Source: Marsupella aquatica (lineage: Eukaryota; Plantae; Marchantiophyta). From it: a stretch of 64,000 nt of DNA. The stretch spans positions 10,749,832 to 10,813,831 of the forward strand of contig OZ316897.1 in NCBI GenBank assembly GCA_973895155.1, in the 5' to 3' direction. Positions within the stretch are counted from its first letter, which is position 1. Each line of letters begins with the position of its first letter. The notes under the pieces are model-generated. The model worked only from the letters and a program-made list of their open reading frames with translations, had not been told where the DNA came from and made no database searches. Below are positions 13,228 to 27,317 of the stretch, one piece after another. The position numbers were made by a program, and so were the translations under genes.

Positions 13228-16200
13228 AGGATACGTGCCCAATAGTTGAATTCATTTCAGCTAATCATAAGTCAGATGCCAATCATTTAGACAACTGTTC
13301 CCCAGCACACTAGCTGCTAAAACGTTCAGTGCTGGAGTTAACCACAGGGTTGACACCTTAATGTAAATTATTTCATTGACCAATTCACCGGTTGTCAATT
13401 GGATTCCACTTGATTTCTTCGTGACTCAACATGTGATTTACAAATGGTGGATCATGTTCAGATCGATATGAGTTCGCAGATTTCAGTCTACACTTAGCCC
13501 CTGGGATAGTAACGATCATCCATAAACTTGGTCGACTGATCCCTAAATTACTGTCCTGAAGATCGAGGTGACATCCGTCACAACTTCTTTCACAGTGGAA
13601 TTCATGAAGAACGGTTACACCAATTTCCTTCACTCCTGCTACAATTGTCCAAACAGATCGATCTTATATTGGAATTGTATCTGAGCAATGGATGATATGT
13701 TTGGTGTTGCCTGGCCAATTTTGTTGTTTGCCCTCTTCCAAGTTTTATTAGGCGTGTGATTCTAGACGATCATGTCTAAGTGGACTCCAGGGAAGATGCC
13801 CCAAGCCTACTCTTATAACCTGGATATCGTTTTTACACTTCTCCATAAGTATGTGCATGGTTTTCTACCCAATAATTACATAGGAAAACGTCCCCACTGT
13901 TCCTCATCATACATGTTGTCTGACCACCTCTGAAAAACTGTCACATGCCCCTGTCGGAAATCAAATTTATCCTACTTATGTGTGACCTTTACCTAGTTTG
14001 ATATTGGTGTTATTAAATACTACTTACAAAAAAGACAATAGTAGAGTATTTGTAGTTACCTTTGGTAAAAAGTGGGTAAAAAGTGGGTTTTTGCCAATCT
14101 CTTATGTTCAGACGGGAATTTGTAGACTTACCTACAAACACTAAAACTGCTCATAAATCTTCAACCTGAGCATCAATCAATTTGGGCTATAAAAATTGTG
14201 TCAATGAATTCTAAATGGGTAATAATGCATGAATCCTTACCTAACAGTCTACATAAACAATACACGTGCCTTGTTCCACTTCAAAGAATGTGAATAATGA
14301 ATATATTTTGTTGTCTGTTCATGTTCAAAGAAGGGTAGTCTGGGCAAGTATATCTAAATAATTCACATGACAGCCTCATTCTTGTCATTCTTGAAAGCGA
14401 TTTGTTATTTTGTTTTTACCAAGGTAAAAGGACACTTACTTCATCTTAATGCAGTTCATTTATAGATTAAATTGTTCTTAAAATATGATAATAAAAAAAC
14501 TGACATTTTAGAATGACTTTAAAAGTGGAGTAACATTTTGTAAGGCCATGAGTAGTGACGAGAGTACACTGGTACCAAGTCACCAAAAACGAATTTATTC
14601 TTTCTTTTGTAAATAAGTTTTTTTTAACTCTAACGAAAATGAATGTGGAGTACGTTTAGCGACATTCTATTTTAAATTTATTTTTATATATAGGGACATT
14701 CTATTAAAATGCCACATATTACAATACTTGAATCGAAGGAGCTATCTGAAACGTACAACAAGAGAACTTGAACTTTTGCAATCACAGTACTGCGACGTCC
14801 AAAGCTGAAAATTGTCGACGACTATTGCTATCGACTTCTCCACCGTGTCTTATTGTTTGGCGTAGATGAAGAGCCACCTGTCTTGCAGTTGTTTAATAAA
14901 GACAAGTCTGTTATAGATTGATGCCATAGGTTATGATTGAGTTTTCGAAACACATATGTTGTGTAGTGGATGGAAAACGCCAATTGATCGTATTTCACAG
15001 ATTATTGACTTTTTTGGATGATATCTGGCAGTTGTTTATAATTTGTGAGCCGCTTCATAAAAATGGTTGTCCAATTCAAGACTGTTACTAGTACACCACC
15101 CTAGCCTCCAACTTCACAGCAATTAGTGTTAGTCCCAGAGTTGAATTGTTTGACCAGTCTCTGCTATTCCAGTGGGGGCACAAATAGATCATTTGTTAGC
15201 ATCTGCCTACTAGTCACTTTCTCCCTGGAAAAGACCTTGGTTCGAGCTTCGAAGTCAGAGACAGTCTTTCCCAAGAAAACCGAGCAGAGCAAGCCAGGCT
15301 CTATAGATGGCAGACTAAAAGGCCAGGAAATGAAAGGTGTTTCTTATTATTCTTCTCTTCATGATCGAGAAAGATCAAAAGCAAGGTCTATGTATAGTCC
15401 GAACAATATATATAAAGCAGTCGACGCAAGAGTTGAAATGCTGATGACTTGTAAGAAAACTAAGAAAGTTGTATATATGAGGCTATACAGATGGGGATGG
15501 CAAATAAGAAGGCGGCGGTGGAGCTTCTGCAGACAACGATGACCGTTATTCTTCGCACTATAGAGAGATGCTGAAGATCAAGGAGGAAAATCAGAAATGC
15601 TGATTAATTAGATAGAGCTGCTAAATCCCTGCAAACAGTACTCTACTTGGTAGATAGAGACGAGCCTGTGAAGATCGAGTACATACTTCGCATTCGCATC
15701 TTTAGGACAATTTTTCCCCCCGAGTTTGTCTTCTATGTAGCAATGGCAGGAGTTCCATATATAGATTCTAGTTGTTTGGAAGATGTACTGTAGCATTTGC
15801 AACATCACACGATCGAGATTATGACTGCATTGCAGCAAGAGTAGGTATTTGATTGAGCAAGTCAACCGGTGGCAGCACACGATAATGTACATTGTACATA
15901 ATCTCTGTAGTACTGTGCCAGAATTCTTTTAGCTCGTCTGAGCTCCGCCAGTCACTATGGTTCAATTGTAATGATAATTATGCTTTTTGGTGAAGTAGAT
16001 GAGTGTCTGACCAAACTACGGCTTCCAGCGTGAGACACGACAAATTCCCGCCTCTGATCAAGTTACGAAGCCAATTTAACAAAGGTACAATGCCCGGCCT
16101 GAGAATGGCATCGATCTCCTATCTCTGGAACTCCACAAAACTGTGCCCTCCTCTCGAGCTTCAATCAATCCACTCCGCTAAGCTCCAGTTTCTCTGTGAG

Positions 16201-17092
16201 AATGGTGTCGTCAACACTTGGGTAGCCAATTGATCAGCATCGGCAGCTAGCTGTCAATTGAATCTGGCTTAACAGTTGCTTCTTTCTCTCCTGCTTTATT
16301 TCAAGAACGGATAGGAAAACGAATCTGGAAGGGAAATTTGCGGGTGGGAGAAGAATTTCATTGATGGACAACTAGAAGAACTCAAACAGACTCAACAGAG
16401 TTTTCATGCATCAAATACCTCGATGCGTTTATTCGCAAAAGGATCATAGGGTTGCAGTCCCGGGCCAGCATAAATTGACGAGATTCGCATGAATTAGCAA
16501 CTCTAAACAAAAAACCCTACTAGCTAGGGACATCCATGCTGCGGCGGCTGTCTAGGCCCGTGGGTTTCTCTACGTACTCTCGCTTGAATAACCCGGTTGA
16601 ATGAAATCCACTGCTAGCTAGAGACTCCCTCTGCGGGAGAGCGAAAAATCCCCAAAAAACTTGACGAGCACAGCTCCTCTAGGGGACTGGCGGGTACTTC
16701 AATCTCTCAATATGAACGTGGCAAAGCCTTGTCGGCAGATGGGTACCAAAGAGGAGAACAGGGATGTGTTGCGAAAGGTAGTGATTTATTAGAGAAATGT
16801 GATACAGCTGGTCAAAATTTGAACCAAGTGTTCACCTTTCAACTGTCCGGAAGTAACAATGAAGATCAATTTCTGTCATGTAAGATCTTCAATTTAAAAA
16901 AGAGTACTGCTGCTTTTCAGAATTAATTACATAGCTTCAATGAACACATGGTATATCACGCTGTTTGTTTCAATGGGTACTACGTAATTTGTTTTCTAGT
17001 ACGACGGCTTTCTGGAAAAATTGATGAAATCCCACCTGTTTTAAAGGCCTTTCTTCACGGAAAGAACTCCCGAAAGAACTACGGAAACTTTT

Positions 17093-19867
17093 TTAAGTGT
17101 GGATGGATATGGACTTAAACTTGATGGTTTCATAGCCGCCAGACTGGGAAAAGGGAATCAGAGTAATCGCAACTTTACAAGGAGCTGTTGGAGCTTGAAT
17201 GTCGACGAATGCTCTGCTGATACTTCGCTTCCAGACCAACGGTTTTGTAGACGACACACTTTGACTTCGAGCCATATTCGTGAACCTCCCACTATATTCA
17301 GCGCACTTCGAAGGGACTTGGTAATCCCGAGGGTTGAGCAAATCAACATACACATCAAACCCTGCAATGCAAGATCTGTCCAGCGTGATGCCGTCAATCG
17401 TGAGAAACTCCTCGATTCCATGCGGATTGTCCGGTCTGTCAATCACCAGTACAAATGGTGTCCCAGCTTGCAGATGATAGTATCCTTCCGTTTTCGTTGG
17501 CTCTGGCAAAGCTTCCGCTTGGGCAATGAGTTCCAAGAAGCTCATTTTGGAGCACCTGGGAATAAGGACCGGTGATATGAAGATTAGTAAATAGCTTATC
17601 GTACATAGCGCACGACCACGTCGACTTAGACAGATCGTACGTAATTAGCGTGGTGAGCGCATATATCAATGGTAAAAGGTTGTACGTCATTGCTGTCTTC
17701 AACTAAATTACCTTGTCAAGTCGGGGAATAGCCATGCCGCATCGTTCGCTCCCTGATACACATATCCCAGTTTCGTTGTATCTAACGCATCTTCTACCTT
17801 CACTCTTCTGAGATCCTTGTTCTCGTCGTAGAAGAGGAACTCCGCATTTAGGAAATCTGGGTCCGAAAAGTACTCACGCTTTTGACCCAAAATTGGTCCA
17901 ATGTCTTTCCAGACCTATTTTCATCAACAACGGAGGAAGGGATCAGCATTCAAGAATTGGACCATTGTCCGTTACACATATATATCTTGAGTGCTGGTAA
18001 AACAATTACACACCTACTGTGGTGAAATAAGTTGTCTTAAGTACAATCGAGCTCCCGCAACATTTACGAGCTGCGCTTGAATGACTAATCATTGTTTTCT
18101 AGACAAAGGCTCATTTGGACCCTGGCCTACCTGCCACAAGCGGTCAATGTTGGAGTGGTGAGCGTAAAATACTGGATCACGGGCAGCATGTCCTAGCTGT
18201 CCCATGTCGTCAATGTTAGGTGGGTCTCCTCCGGTCCAGAAATGAACTGTAGGATGAGCGTTCGACTCCACTGTTCCAGCACCTCCTGAAGCCCCTGCGA
18301 ATCCTGTTCAGATTCAACCAATTGCCGAATGCGTAATTAATAATTCTAACACTATCTGAAATAATGAAGCTAACTACAGTAGTCGGACGACAACCGAAAG
18401 AAAATTAACTATCTGTTTGTTTCAGATTGAAAGAACACGTTGTCCTTGTTGCGAGCCAAAGTTAAAAACCATCTTTCTAGTCGTAAATGTCAGCTACATA
18501 CTGCAGAATTGATTATCTCCAGATGTTGTCGTACACACCTTTAGTCTCGCCTGCTCTGTAAGGGTGGCCCATAAATGTTTGTGCAGTTGTTGCACCGCTC
18601 ACCAAAGATTGGTACATAATATTCATGTTACATAGAATCTCAGCTTCCTCACTGGCGGTAAAGTTCGGCTGAAGGTATTCTGATAGTGCTGGGATGTAGA
18701 AGAAGTCTGCAAGGAGAAAGCCGACACACGAGTCAGTTTTCGTGTTTTAATAAGTAAATAATTTAACGACTTGCCGCTTCCTGGGTATGATTCGCCTATA
18801 TCCCTAATCGCAGTTCCCCTACCCACCTGGGAAGTGGAGACGGCCATTTCCCTTCGCATTATCAGACCGCTTGAAATCGTATGTAGATGACGAAGGGTCA
18901 CTGTAGACGGCGGGAAAGTTATGTCCCTGCTTCAGACAGGCTCCATCCTTGGACGAGCCATCTCCCACGGTGTAGGGGTTGTCCCAGTTCCAGTAATTGA
19001 GACTGAAAGTGGGGTCTTCAAGAAGCGTCTGCAGGATTCTCTCGTGAAAGTACAAGTACCACCTGCATTCCATTCATTCATCAATTTCATTAATAAATCC
19101 TTACTACTCCGAAAATTTCCCAGAGGAAAGGGCAAGGAAAAAAGAGAACCTAGCGGAGAGTGGTCAAGACTAGCCCTCCGGCTCATCCACTCCGTACGTT
19201 GAAGTTCATCAGCAACGCCCTTAAAAAATTAACGGTACGCAGAAAAGTCGCTGAAAGTTCGGCATGGAAATCAAGAAATTGAGGTTCCAGAGTTCACCAT
19301 CTGAGAGCTAGCTTCATCGAGGCATTCGACACTAGCTACGACGGCAAAGATGTAATTAATTTGCACAATTTGGAACTACGCTGGTCCAGTGCTGACGTGT
19401 ACGTACCTATGCCACGGAAAGAAGAGCCAGCTGAAGTGGATGTCGATTCCTTCTTTACCTCCGGTGCTGTTGGTGGTGAGGAAGGAACCCCCGCAATAGG
19501 AGCAGTGAAGAGTCCACTGCTGCTTGAACGACCGTGGGTCATCGTCTGGAAGCGCTCTCATCAGTGAATACGCCTTCTCGATCTTTGCGGCGTAGACAGC
19601 ATCCGTGCATTGCGAAGCTTTTCTAACTCTGATGATATCCGTCAAAGGAGGAGGGGGCCCGTCTATGATCGGCTTAGTTGGCTTGAGAGGGCAGCAGACG
19701 AGAGTTTCCTGCTGACCAGTGAGATTCAGCGGATTAAGTGGGTAACTTGCAGGTCGGCACACGTTGAAGTCGATCGTGACCGGGGCGGAGTTGACAGCAG
19801 CTGGAACCAGAACTAATGATATGGCCATAGCAGACCATATCATGGTCCAACGGAGTCTCACCTCCAT
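17093..19867 (-). CDS. PPO: Polyphenol oxidase copy 2 (divergent, 6 exons: 19867-19407, 19062-18827, 18706-18539, 18303-18131, 17914-17712, 17555-17093)
   Basis: HCSYC...[13 protein letters not shown]; ESNAHPTVHFW...DMGQLGHAARDPVFYAHHSNIDRLW; [15 protein letters not shown]; GFDVYV. All five introns are GT-AG and frame-consistent. Hydrophobic N-terminus MEVRLRWTMIWSAMAISLVLVPAAVNS. Confidence 0.93.
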
Positions 19868-22012
19868 CGTTAAGCCCCTCCAAAACACACCTCGATGTTG
19901 CTAGTTCCTGTTTCCGTTACTACACGCGCCCAATTGACTACTGCCTCTCAAGAAACAACCTCTAGACTTACTCAGAATCACGGATATTCAGCACTTGAAA
20001 TGTACATAATGGCTGTGATGTTATGCTTGATCGATACTCTAGTCACGTACGTTCAAAGTGGAGCTTGAATGGTTGATCTCTGTCCGAACCCTCGGTGTGC
20101 GTGACCTTCAGATTGTTGGATATTTCTCTTTCTCTCTCTCTCAACCGACTGCCCCAAAAATTGGAAGAAAGGATTGGTGAAATTCAGCTGTCGAAGTGTG
20201 AACTAAATACTCCAGCTGACGAATTGTGTCAAATGCGAGCTATGGTCTTACTAGCTAGGATTGGCATGGTCCATGTTACGCAGCTCAGCTTTCTGAGCGG
20301 TTTTTTCGATCTTGGAAACCTCTTGTGGCAGATCGGCCTAATAAACTTGTGTCTGGATTGAATTGTTCCTGCAGGCTTTCGCTCAGAACAAAGGTGAGGA
20401 GGTCAGCTTAACGACGCACGAGGTGGGCTGATCTGAGAAGAAATGACTGCGTAAGGAGCGTGTCTTCCTGCTGAAGATCTGAGAAGATTGGACTGCATAA
20501 GCAGCGTGTCTTCCAACGTAGGAAATTTCGCAATTCTTTTTAATTGACAAATTCGTGCCTTTGGTTGCTGGCGAGTGTATACGCGATATGTATACTTGAT
20601 GGAAATACCTCCCCAAAATCTAGTGGCTGCATTTATAATTATAAATCTTTAGTTTTTTGTTTGCTTTTCTCGAAAGTTGACGATATGATGTAGGTTCGCA
20701 TTTATTGGCTGTAGGGGTTGGTTTATTCTATTTTCCTGGGATATTCATCTCAGTGAACATTTAGTTAGTCACGAACTAATTTTTTTGATATTTTGGGAGA
20801 GAAGATATGCAGGACCCCATTATTCAGTCACAAAGTAATGGCGTGACCTCAATATTGTAGACAGACCAGAGAATTGTTTGAAAGAGTATCTTAATCAGGG
20901 CCAGATCAGACATTTAAACCACGAGGTACGATGTAAAGGAATCCTCTATAGAACAGAGCAAAACATATTAATTTCTGAAACCATAAATGTCATCTCAAAT
21001 TGCACATAAAACTACTTTATGTTTTTTAGAAAATTTCTGTTATTTTTAGAATTATAGAAATCATTTTGAGGGTACAAGCGTCCTAGGACGACAAGTCAAT
21101 GGCGAGAGGGGTAGGTCTATTATTCACCTAGGCAAATGAACCCCACTGACCCCTTTCAGTAGTCTCTCATGGCTACTGATGCCAAGTTTTCTAAAGTATA
21201 ATACATAATCTGCATGTACAATAACCATTTGAGTTCTATCAGGGAGGACCCAATCAATAAACGCGGTATGAATCTGATAACCTTAATGAGACTTTGTCGT
21301 TAGACTAATCTCGAGAAATCTCCCACCTTATAATAAGGAGCCTTCAGCATTCGGTTCCACGAGTGCACGTGCCGATCACCATTACAAAATAGCTGTTATG
21401 ACAGCCTTAATAGGCACCATGAGAACCCAAATTGACCTTTGTTTGTGTGTGTGGGCTGGGGGTCTCCTTAGGACTAGACTTTTTCTTCCTTTTGTCCTAA
21501 AAGAAGTGTGACTTGACATGCACGGTGGACAACATCCCTCTATTACATGATAAACTTGATTCGTTACTTTCTTTCAATCGATGAGTGTACACCGTGTATA
21601 TATTATCATATTTGGCATGATGTGTGATTACAGGTAGGGCTCCCTGTATAACCCCCAAGAGTGACATAACTCTGGGTGCATCCTTATCATTTGGGTCTTG
21701 CCTTGGCTGACCGTCGGCAGCTACCTCTCCGTTGTTTTTGTTTCTTGTCTTGTCTTGCCCTCCCTCACCCTTAATTTTATTTTTTTTAGATTTCACAGAC
21801 TCCTTGGGAAACCTTGATTTGGATTTGGAAGCTCAAATAATACCTTACTTAGTACTTCCTGGCCACTTCTAAGTACTTCCCTAAAATGAATAAAAGGCTC
21901 CTTACTTTGTTTGCACATGATGTCAACATATATTTGTGGAAGTGACCCAACCATACTACTTTGGTTAAGAGTCATCAATGATTGATAAAATCTTGATTAA
22001 TGTTCTGCTCAA

Positions 22013-22128
22013 ATTGGCCTCTTTTCTGCCCCTTGGGGCCGCTTTTGCTCTTGGGCCTGCTGATTTCCCTCTCTGTGCGGTTCATGCGGATAAATGAAAA
22101 CTTTTTAAAAAAAAAAAAAAATTTAAAA
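22013..22128 (+). mobile_element. 116-bp 5'-truncated non-LTR retroposon (LINE/SINE 3' end) with poly(A) tail
   Basis: 14-bp TSD AATGTTCTGCTCAA at 21999-22012 and 22129-22142. A-rich tail at about 22107-22128. Confidence 0.8.
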
Positions 22129-23830
22129 AATGTTCTGCTCAATGCTTCTTCTCTATGGAATTGTGGTTTATGTTCTGGTAGCACTTTTTTCCAATGGAGT
22201 CATGTCTGTTTTATAATAGAGTGTACTAACTAAGGTTCAAGCAAAGCCTACTACTCTGGATAAGAGTCATGATTAATGATTCATAGAGTCTTGCTTTATT
22301 TTTTGAAATACTTGGGCCAAAGCGGGCAGCAGCATCAGGGACTTGGGCCGGAGCAGGCAACAAGAAGTGAAGGGTGCCATAACATAAACTTAAAGTCAAT
22401 GGCATAAACTAAGTTGATTGGGCTGGTGTGGGTAACAAAATGGTTGTCTTGGTTTCAGTTTTGGCAGACTCGGGCCGGAGCGGGCAGCCAACAACATTGG
22501 GGATTGGGGCATGCAGTATAAAGGGCCCCAAGAAAATGGTGGAGCATCAACTCAACGTAATTTTAATGCGCAGTCTGGTATAGCCAAGGTACAGAGTATC
22601 GTTCTTGCCCTCCGTGGTGAGGGTATAGTCTGTACCCAATGTATTTGTTCAGTGCAAATTTCCACCAAATCCCACCTTCCCAAATAGTGTTTGCCACTGT
22701 TGGCTAAAATTTGTTAGATTCTTGGTATGCCACTTTCCCACCAAATAATGGACCCGAGGCCATTAATTTGCTATATTGAATCTAACTATTGTCCGGAAAT
22801 CTAGCCAAGGATATCTGACGGTCAGGTTATAATCCAGGAAAAACTTAAAGAGAATATTCCTAGCATCTCCTCCTTAGAGCAGCTGACATTCCCCACACTG
22901 GCTAGAAACAAAAAAACCTTTAAAATATGCCGTCCCTACCTCCTTGCCCTCCGCCCTCCATGCTTTACTCACGATCTACCATTTTTTCATGACAAGTATT
23001 CTGGGCCTTGACAACTTCCTACCAGAATTTTGTTTGAATACAATGAATGCAGAATCAATAAAAAAAGAGTATTTGGTTTTAAAAACAAAGTGTGTACTTT
23101 TCTGCCTTAAGTTTCTATCTTGGTATAAAAGGAACAATAGAAACATACAAAAAGTAACCTTGGTCAAGAAAACAAGAATGGCAAAAACTTTATTGGCTTA
23201 TCATATCAAACACTATAATACTTTATTCTAGCAGAAATTCTCTAGTCTGTTTGTAAAATGAAAAACACAAAGACTCAAATCCTACCCCTAGCATGGAACA
23301 ACTTTTTTAGCATAGCTAGTGAGATCCACCCAGAGAAAAATTTTATTTTGACTTTCTGCCCAAGCTACCCAAGATGAAAACATTAATTATTTTATGCTCA
23401 TCAATTGGGTAACCTGCCAATTGATGGGCAAATTTTTTCTAATCTTCACATATATATCTCTCCTCAACATTTTTACCTTATATAGTTGCCTTGACATCTG
23501 TTTACCAAGTATCACGACGTCGTTCCCCCATCCTGTCCAGTGCCCAGGTCCCCCAAAAAATTCGTTTTATTAATTAAAAGTTGCTCAGATCGCTGCCACA
23601 AAAGGTATTCTCTCGCCCATCACTTGCACATGACACTTTGTGTAATCAATCGATCACAATAAAGCCTTTATACTCCCTCCGTTCCTTTCCTAGATGCTGC
23701 GTGTTAGAGTTCGCCCAGGCTCCCTTGAACACTGAGCACCTCAAGAGTTTTTCAGCTGTAGCCTTCTCAAGCCCTTCTCAAGCTATACACAGGGGTGGTG
23801 TGCTAAGAAGTCTCGAGCGGTGCAGCGATC

Positions 23831-25476
23831 ATGGAGGTCCGCGTGGCGTGGATAATGGTATGGTGTACAATGTTTATATGTTTCGTGTTCCCATCAGCGG
23901 TGGTTTCCGACCCTATCAAGACCGACTTCAGTCACTGCCGAAATTCAACGTACAGAACAACTCACACCGGTCCCGTCGAAGTACTCCAGTGCTGTCCTGT
24001 CCTGTCAACTAAACCGATCATCGATGGACCCCCTCCTCTATCGACGAAATCTATCAGAGTAAGACATGCTTCGCATTGGACGGATGCAGTGTACGCTGCG
24101 AAGCTCAAGAAAGCGTTTGCGCTTATGCGGGCTCTGCCACACGATGACCGTCGCTATGACACAGCAATGGTACATGCACTGCTCCTACTGCGGAGGGGCA
24201 TTCTTTTTTTGCCTCGAAAAAACAAATTGAATTACATTCAAAAAGCCCAACATACAACACGGGTGGCCCACTAAAGGGGGTCGGCACCAGGAGGACCAAA
24301 GGTCATGCAGCCAAAAACCGTGTGTGCCGGAAACCAAGAGTGAAGTAGACTCCAACGAAAGGAAGTTACCGCAGCAGGAGGGGCAGAACTCCAAAAGACC
24401 GGCCAGTGAAAAGGAACCGGCGGGCCGGGGTGCCTAACAGTGGGTCAGCGATAATAACCAATACTATCAGTCTAGCCTGCAGCAGCGGAGTTCCAGAGGT
24501 AATTGACATTCACTGGAGCTGGCTCTTCTTCCCATGGCACAGGTACGTCAATTGATTAGTCCCCGGAAGACATCCGTGTGAATTGCAAACCAATCTGATC
24601 ATGGAAATTGACTTTCTAATTTTCCGACTGTTGATCAGTGCTGACAGTCCTAATTTGAGCATTGAAGCTTTTCCAATCTCTAGTGTAGCTTTCTTTGATA
24701 GAGATGCAGTCGCAATTCTTTGATAGTTTGCGGTTATCACGGGCATTGAAAATTGTCGAGATTTTGATTGCGTTCGTGTGAGCTGATCCGATCTGTATCT
24801 TTCTGTTTTTGAGAACAACATGAAGGTATGGAAAGATATTGGGTTAATGTGGGTGAAAAGCGTGAGGACTTCACCCACCCTGACTTTCTCAATGCTGAGT
24901 TTCTCTTCTACGATGAGAACAAAGACCTAAGAAGAGTGACGGTCGCAGGATCTTTAGACACGAAAAAGTTGGGATATGTATATCAAGGCGCTAATGATGC
25001 ACCATGGATATTCTTCAACAGCACCAAGTGGTCTCAGCTCAGCTACTGTGAACTTCTTGCCCGAGCTGAAAGTTTCCCATCACCAATGAAAGACTGGAAG
25101 GGTTATTATCATCTGGAAGCCGGTAAAACATTCACTTTAAGGTTGACGGAATCAAGCTCCTCACCATTGACGGAATCAGGCTCGACAGATCTTGGAGCAC
25201 TGGATTCGACGTTTTCGTGGATTGGGTGAACCCGACTGAACATACAGCCCCATATAAATGCGCCAAGTACAGTGGAAGATTTACCAACATGGACCAAAGC
25301 CAGGTCGACACAAGGGAAACCAGATCTAGTATGGAAGCGAAGAATCACCGAAACACTGGTGGATATTGAAGCTCCATCAGCCCCTTCAAAAATCGTGTTT
25401 TACGCTCGTTCCGTTATTTCAGCATTCAGATTCAGATGAGACAATCAAATTCAAGTGCATTACGGGTGACACTTGA
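23831..25476 (+). pseudogene. PPO: Polyphenol oxidase copy 3, pseudogene
   Basis: Close paralog of copy 1. It has a 2-bp deletion near 24156, a roughly 275-bp insertion within CuA (24206-24479), complete loss of exons 2 and 3 (CuB), and further frameshifts in the last exon (24826-25476). Confidence 0.92.
24206..24479 (-). mobile_element. Probable truncated non-LTR retroelement 3' end inserted in PPO copy 3 exon 1
   Basis: Foreign sequence interrupts ...GCATTCTT|...|CAGCAGCGGAG. It starts with a T-run, which reads as poly(A) on the minus strand. About 9 bp of PPO is lost at the junction and there is no clear TSD. Confidence 0.55.
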
Positions 25477-27141
25477 AGGATAGATATGATAGAATTAATA
25501 TCAGTGAACCATAGGATATTGACCATGTTGTCATGTTTCTCAGCACACTGGTAAAACGTTCAGTGCTTGAGTCAACCAAATTGTTCATACATCATTCTAT
25601 ACATTAATATATTCCTGTGCCAACTAGCTGTATTCAATTGGACTCCCTCGTGACTCAATATAGAAACTGGTGGAGATTTAGTCTTGTTTTAGTCAATCCT
25701 TTTGTTGAGATCGAGACTTGTTGTTGATCGATCAGCATATGAGCTCGATCTCTAGGGAGGAGTAGAACAACTTGGCGATATCTTTTATATAATTATATAT
25801 GATGCGTAAGCGTACACATTCATTTGTTTGCTTTTCATTAATTCGAAATGGGTTTTGATTTCACTGCAATGTAGAAAACTTGATTCAGGAACAATGATGA
25901 ATTCCAAGCTGATTTCAAGGGCTCTCCCCTGTATAAACTATGTCCTACCTTTCTTCAGGAAAAGAAGAACTTGTTAATTAAGTGTCGATGATTATGGACT
26001 TCGACTTGATGGTTTGTTGGACAAACATGTTTCTTCCTAGTTGTCAACTGGCTTTGTGTTCCACACCTCTGCTCCCACCAACCATGGTACTCTTCTTGTG
26101 AACTTTTTCTTTTCTTTGTCTGTTCTCTTCCTAGTTTTCAGGGCTCTTTCCTTTGTGACAAGCTCTTCCAACCTTGTGCAAGTGTCAAGAGTGTAAGACC
26201 GAGAACTTCAGATATGTCAGCAAGATCACCTGCCAGGGAAGGCCCGGAAGACAGCTAGGAGGAGGTGGCGGGAAGACAGCGAGGAAAGGAGGTGAACATC
26301 AGAAAAAGGGACATGATTTCCTTAAAACCTTGGTAAGTGTTTTATCTTTAACACTATTCATTGATGTTAGAGACATTGAACGAGATGTCTCTAATGAAAG
26401 TGACAGGGGATTCTTTCATGTATCCTTTGGGACGACAGCATCACAGCGAGGACAGGAAGAAGAATATCGAGAAAGTGGAGATCTTGGTGAGTCAACTGTA
26501 TTCTACCTCAAACATTATCTAGAGATGCATGTTGCAGTCATCAAACGAAATCTCCAAAGTTAGACGAGACCTTGTTAGTCTGAATGTAGACCATGCCATT
26601 GAATGTGAAGAATCCCCCTAATTCCTATTCTTTCTCGCCTCCCTGGCAGATGATCCTGCTGATATAACTTGTTTTCTTGAGTCACACTCTCGACACTTGG
26701 CAAGACGTTAGAAGAGCATGTTACAACAGGAAAAGCAACAGACAAATAAAAACAGTGAGTCAGTGACAGAAAGAATATCATCGCTGGTGACAATGGAGGG
26801 GTGGAGCGAAAAGCTACTACTGACAGTGAGTACTACTGTAACCAGAGCAAGAGTATGAATGAACTGATTACGTTTGGGGCTTGGGGTCTCGCAAATCCTT
26901 GGATGTGAGGGACTTAGGGGAGTTATGGACCACAAAGCTACGACATTGAGTGCCGCACAACCTCGGCAACAGAATGAATGAACTGACTACCTTTGACGCT
27001 TCCGTTACTTATATGAACAGTCTCAATTTAATTAAAGCACAACTTCTGGCAGGCGTCCTTGCACTCATGACCGGCCCCACCATCCCGTATTCGGTCGTTT
27101 TCACATTTGCCTGTTTTTCTTTCATGATCGATCGTATCATT

Positions 27142-27317
27142 TGCGGCGGCGTCACTCAACTCCTGGATGATACTCTGAGGAAGAGTACTGCTTCTGGTGT
27201 ACACCACCGCGCCTCCATAGCCATCCCATGCATCATTGCTGCCGCGATAATAGATAATAGACAAACTTAGACATGCACAGTCTTGTGGACCTTTTCCAGT
27301 CTTTGATGAAATGGTAC
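27142..27317 (-). pseudogene. VDE: Violaxanthin de-epoxidase (lipocalin domain) exon remnant
   Basis: Translates [37 protein letters not shown], matching the VDE signature [20 protein letters not shown]. Splice acceptor TTTTGCAG ends at 27318. The 5' part is frameshifted. A separate NPTFD remnant lies at 28435-28421. Confidence 0.8.
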
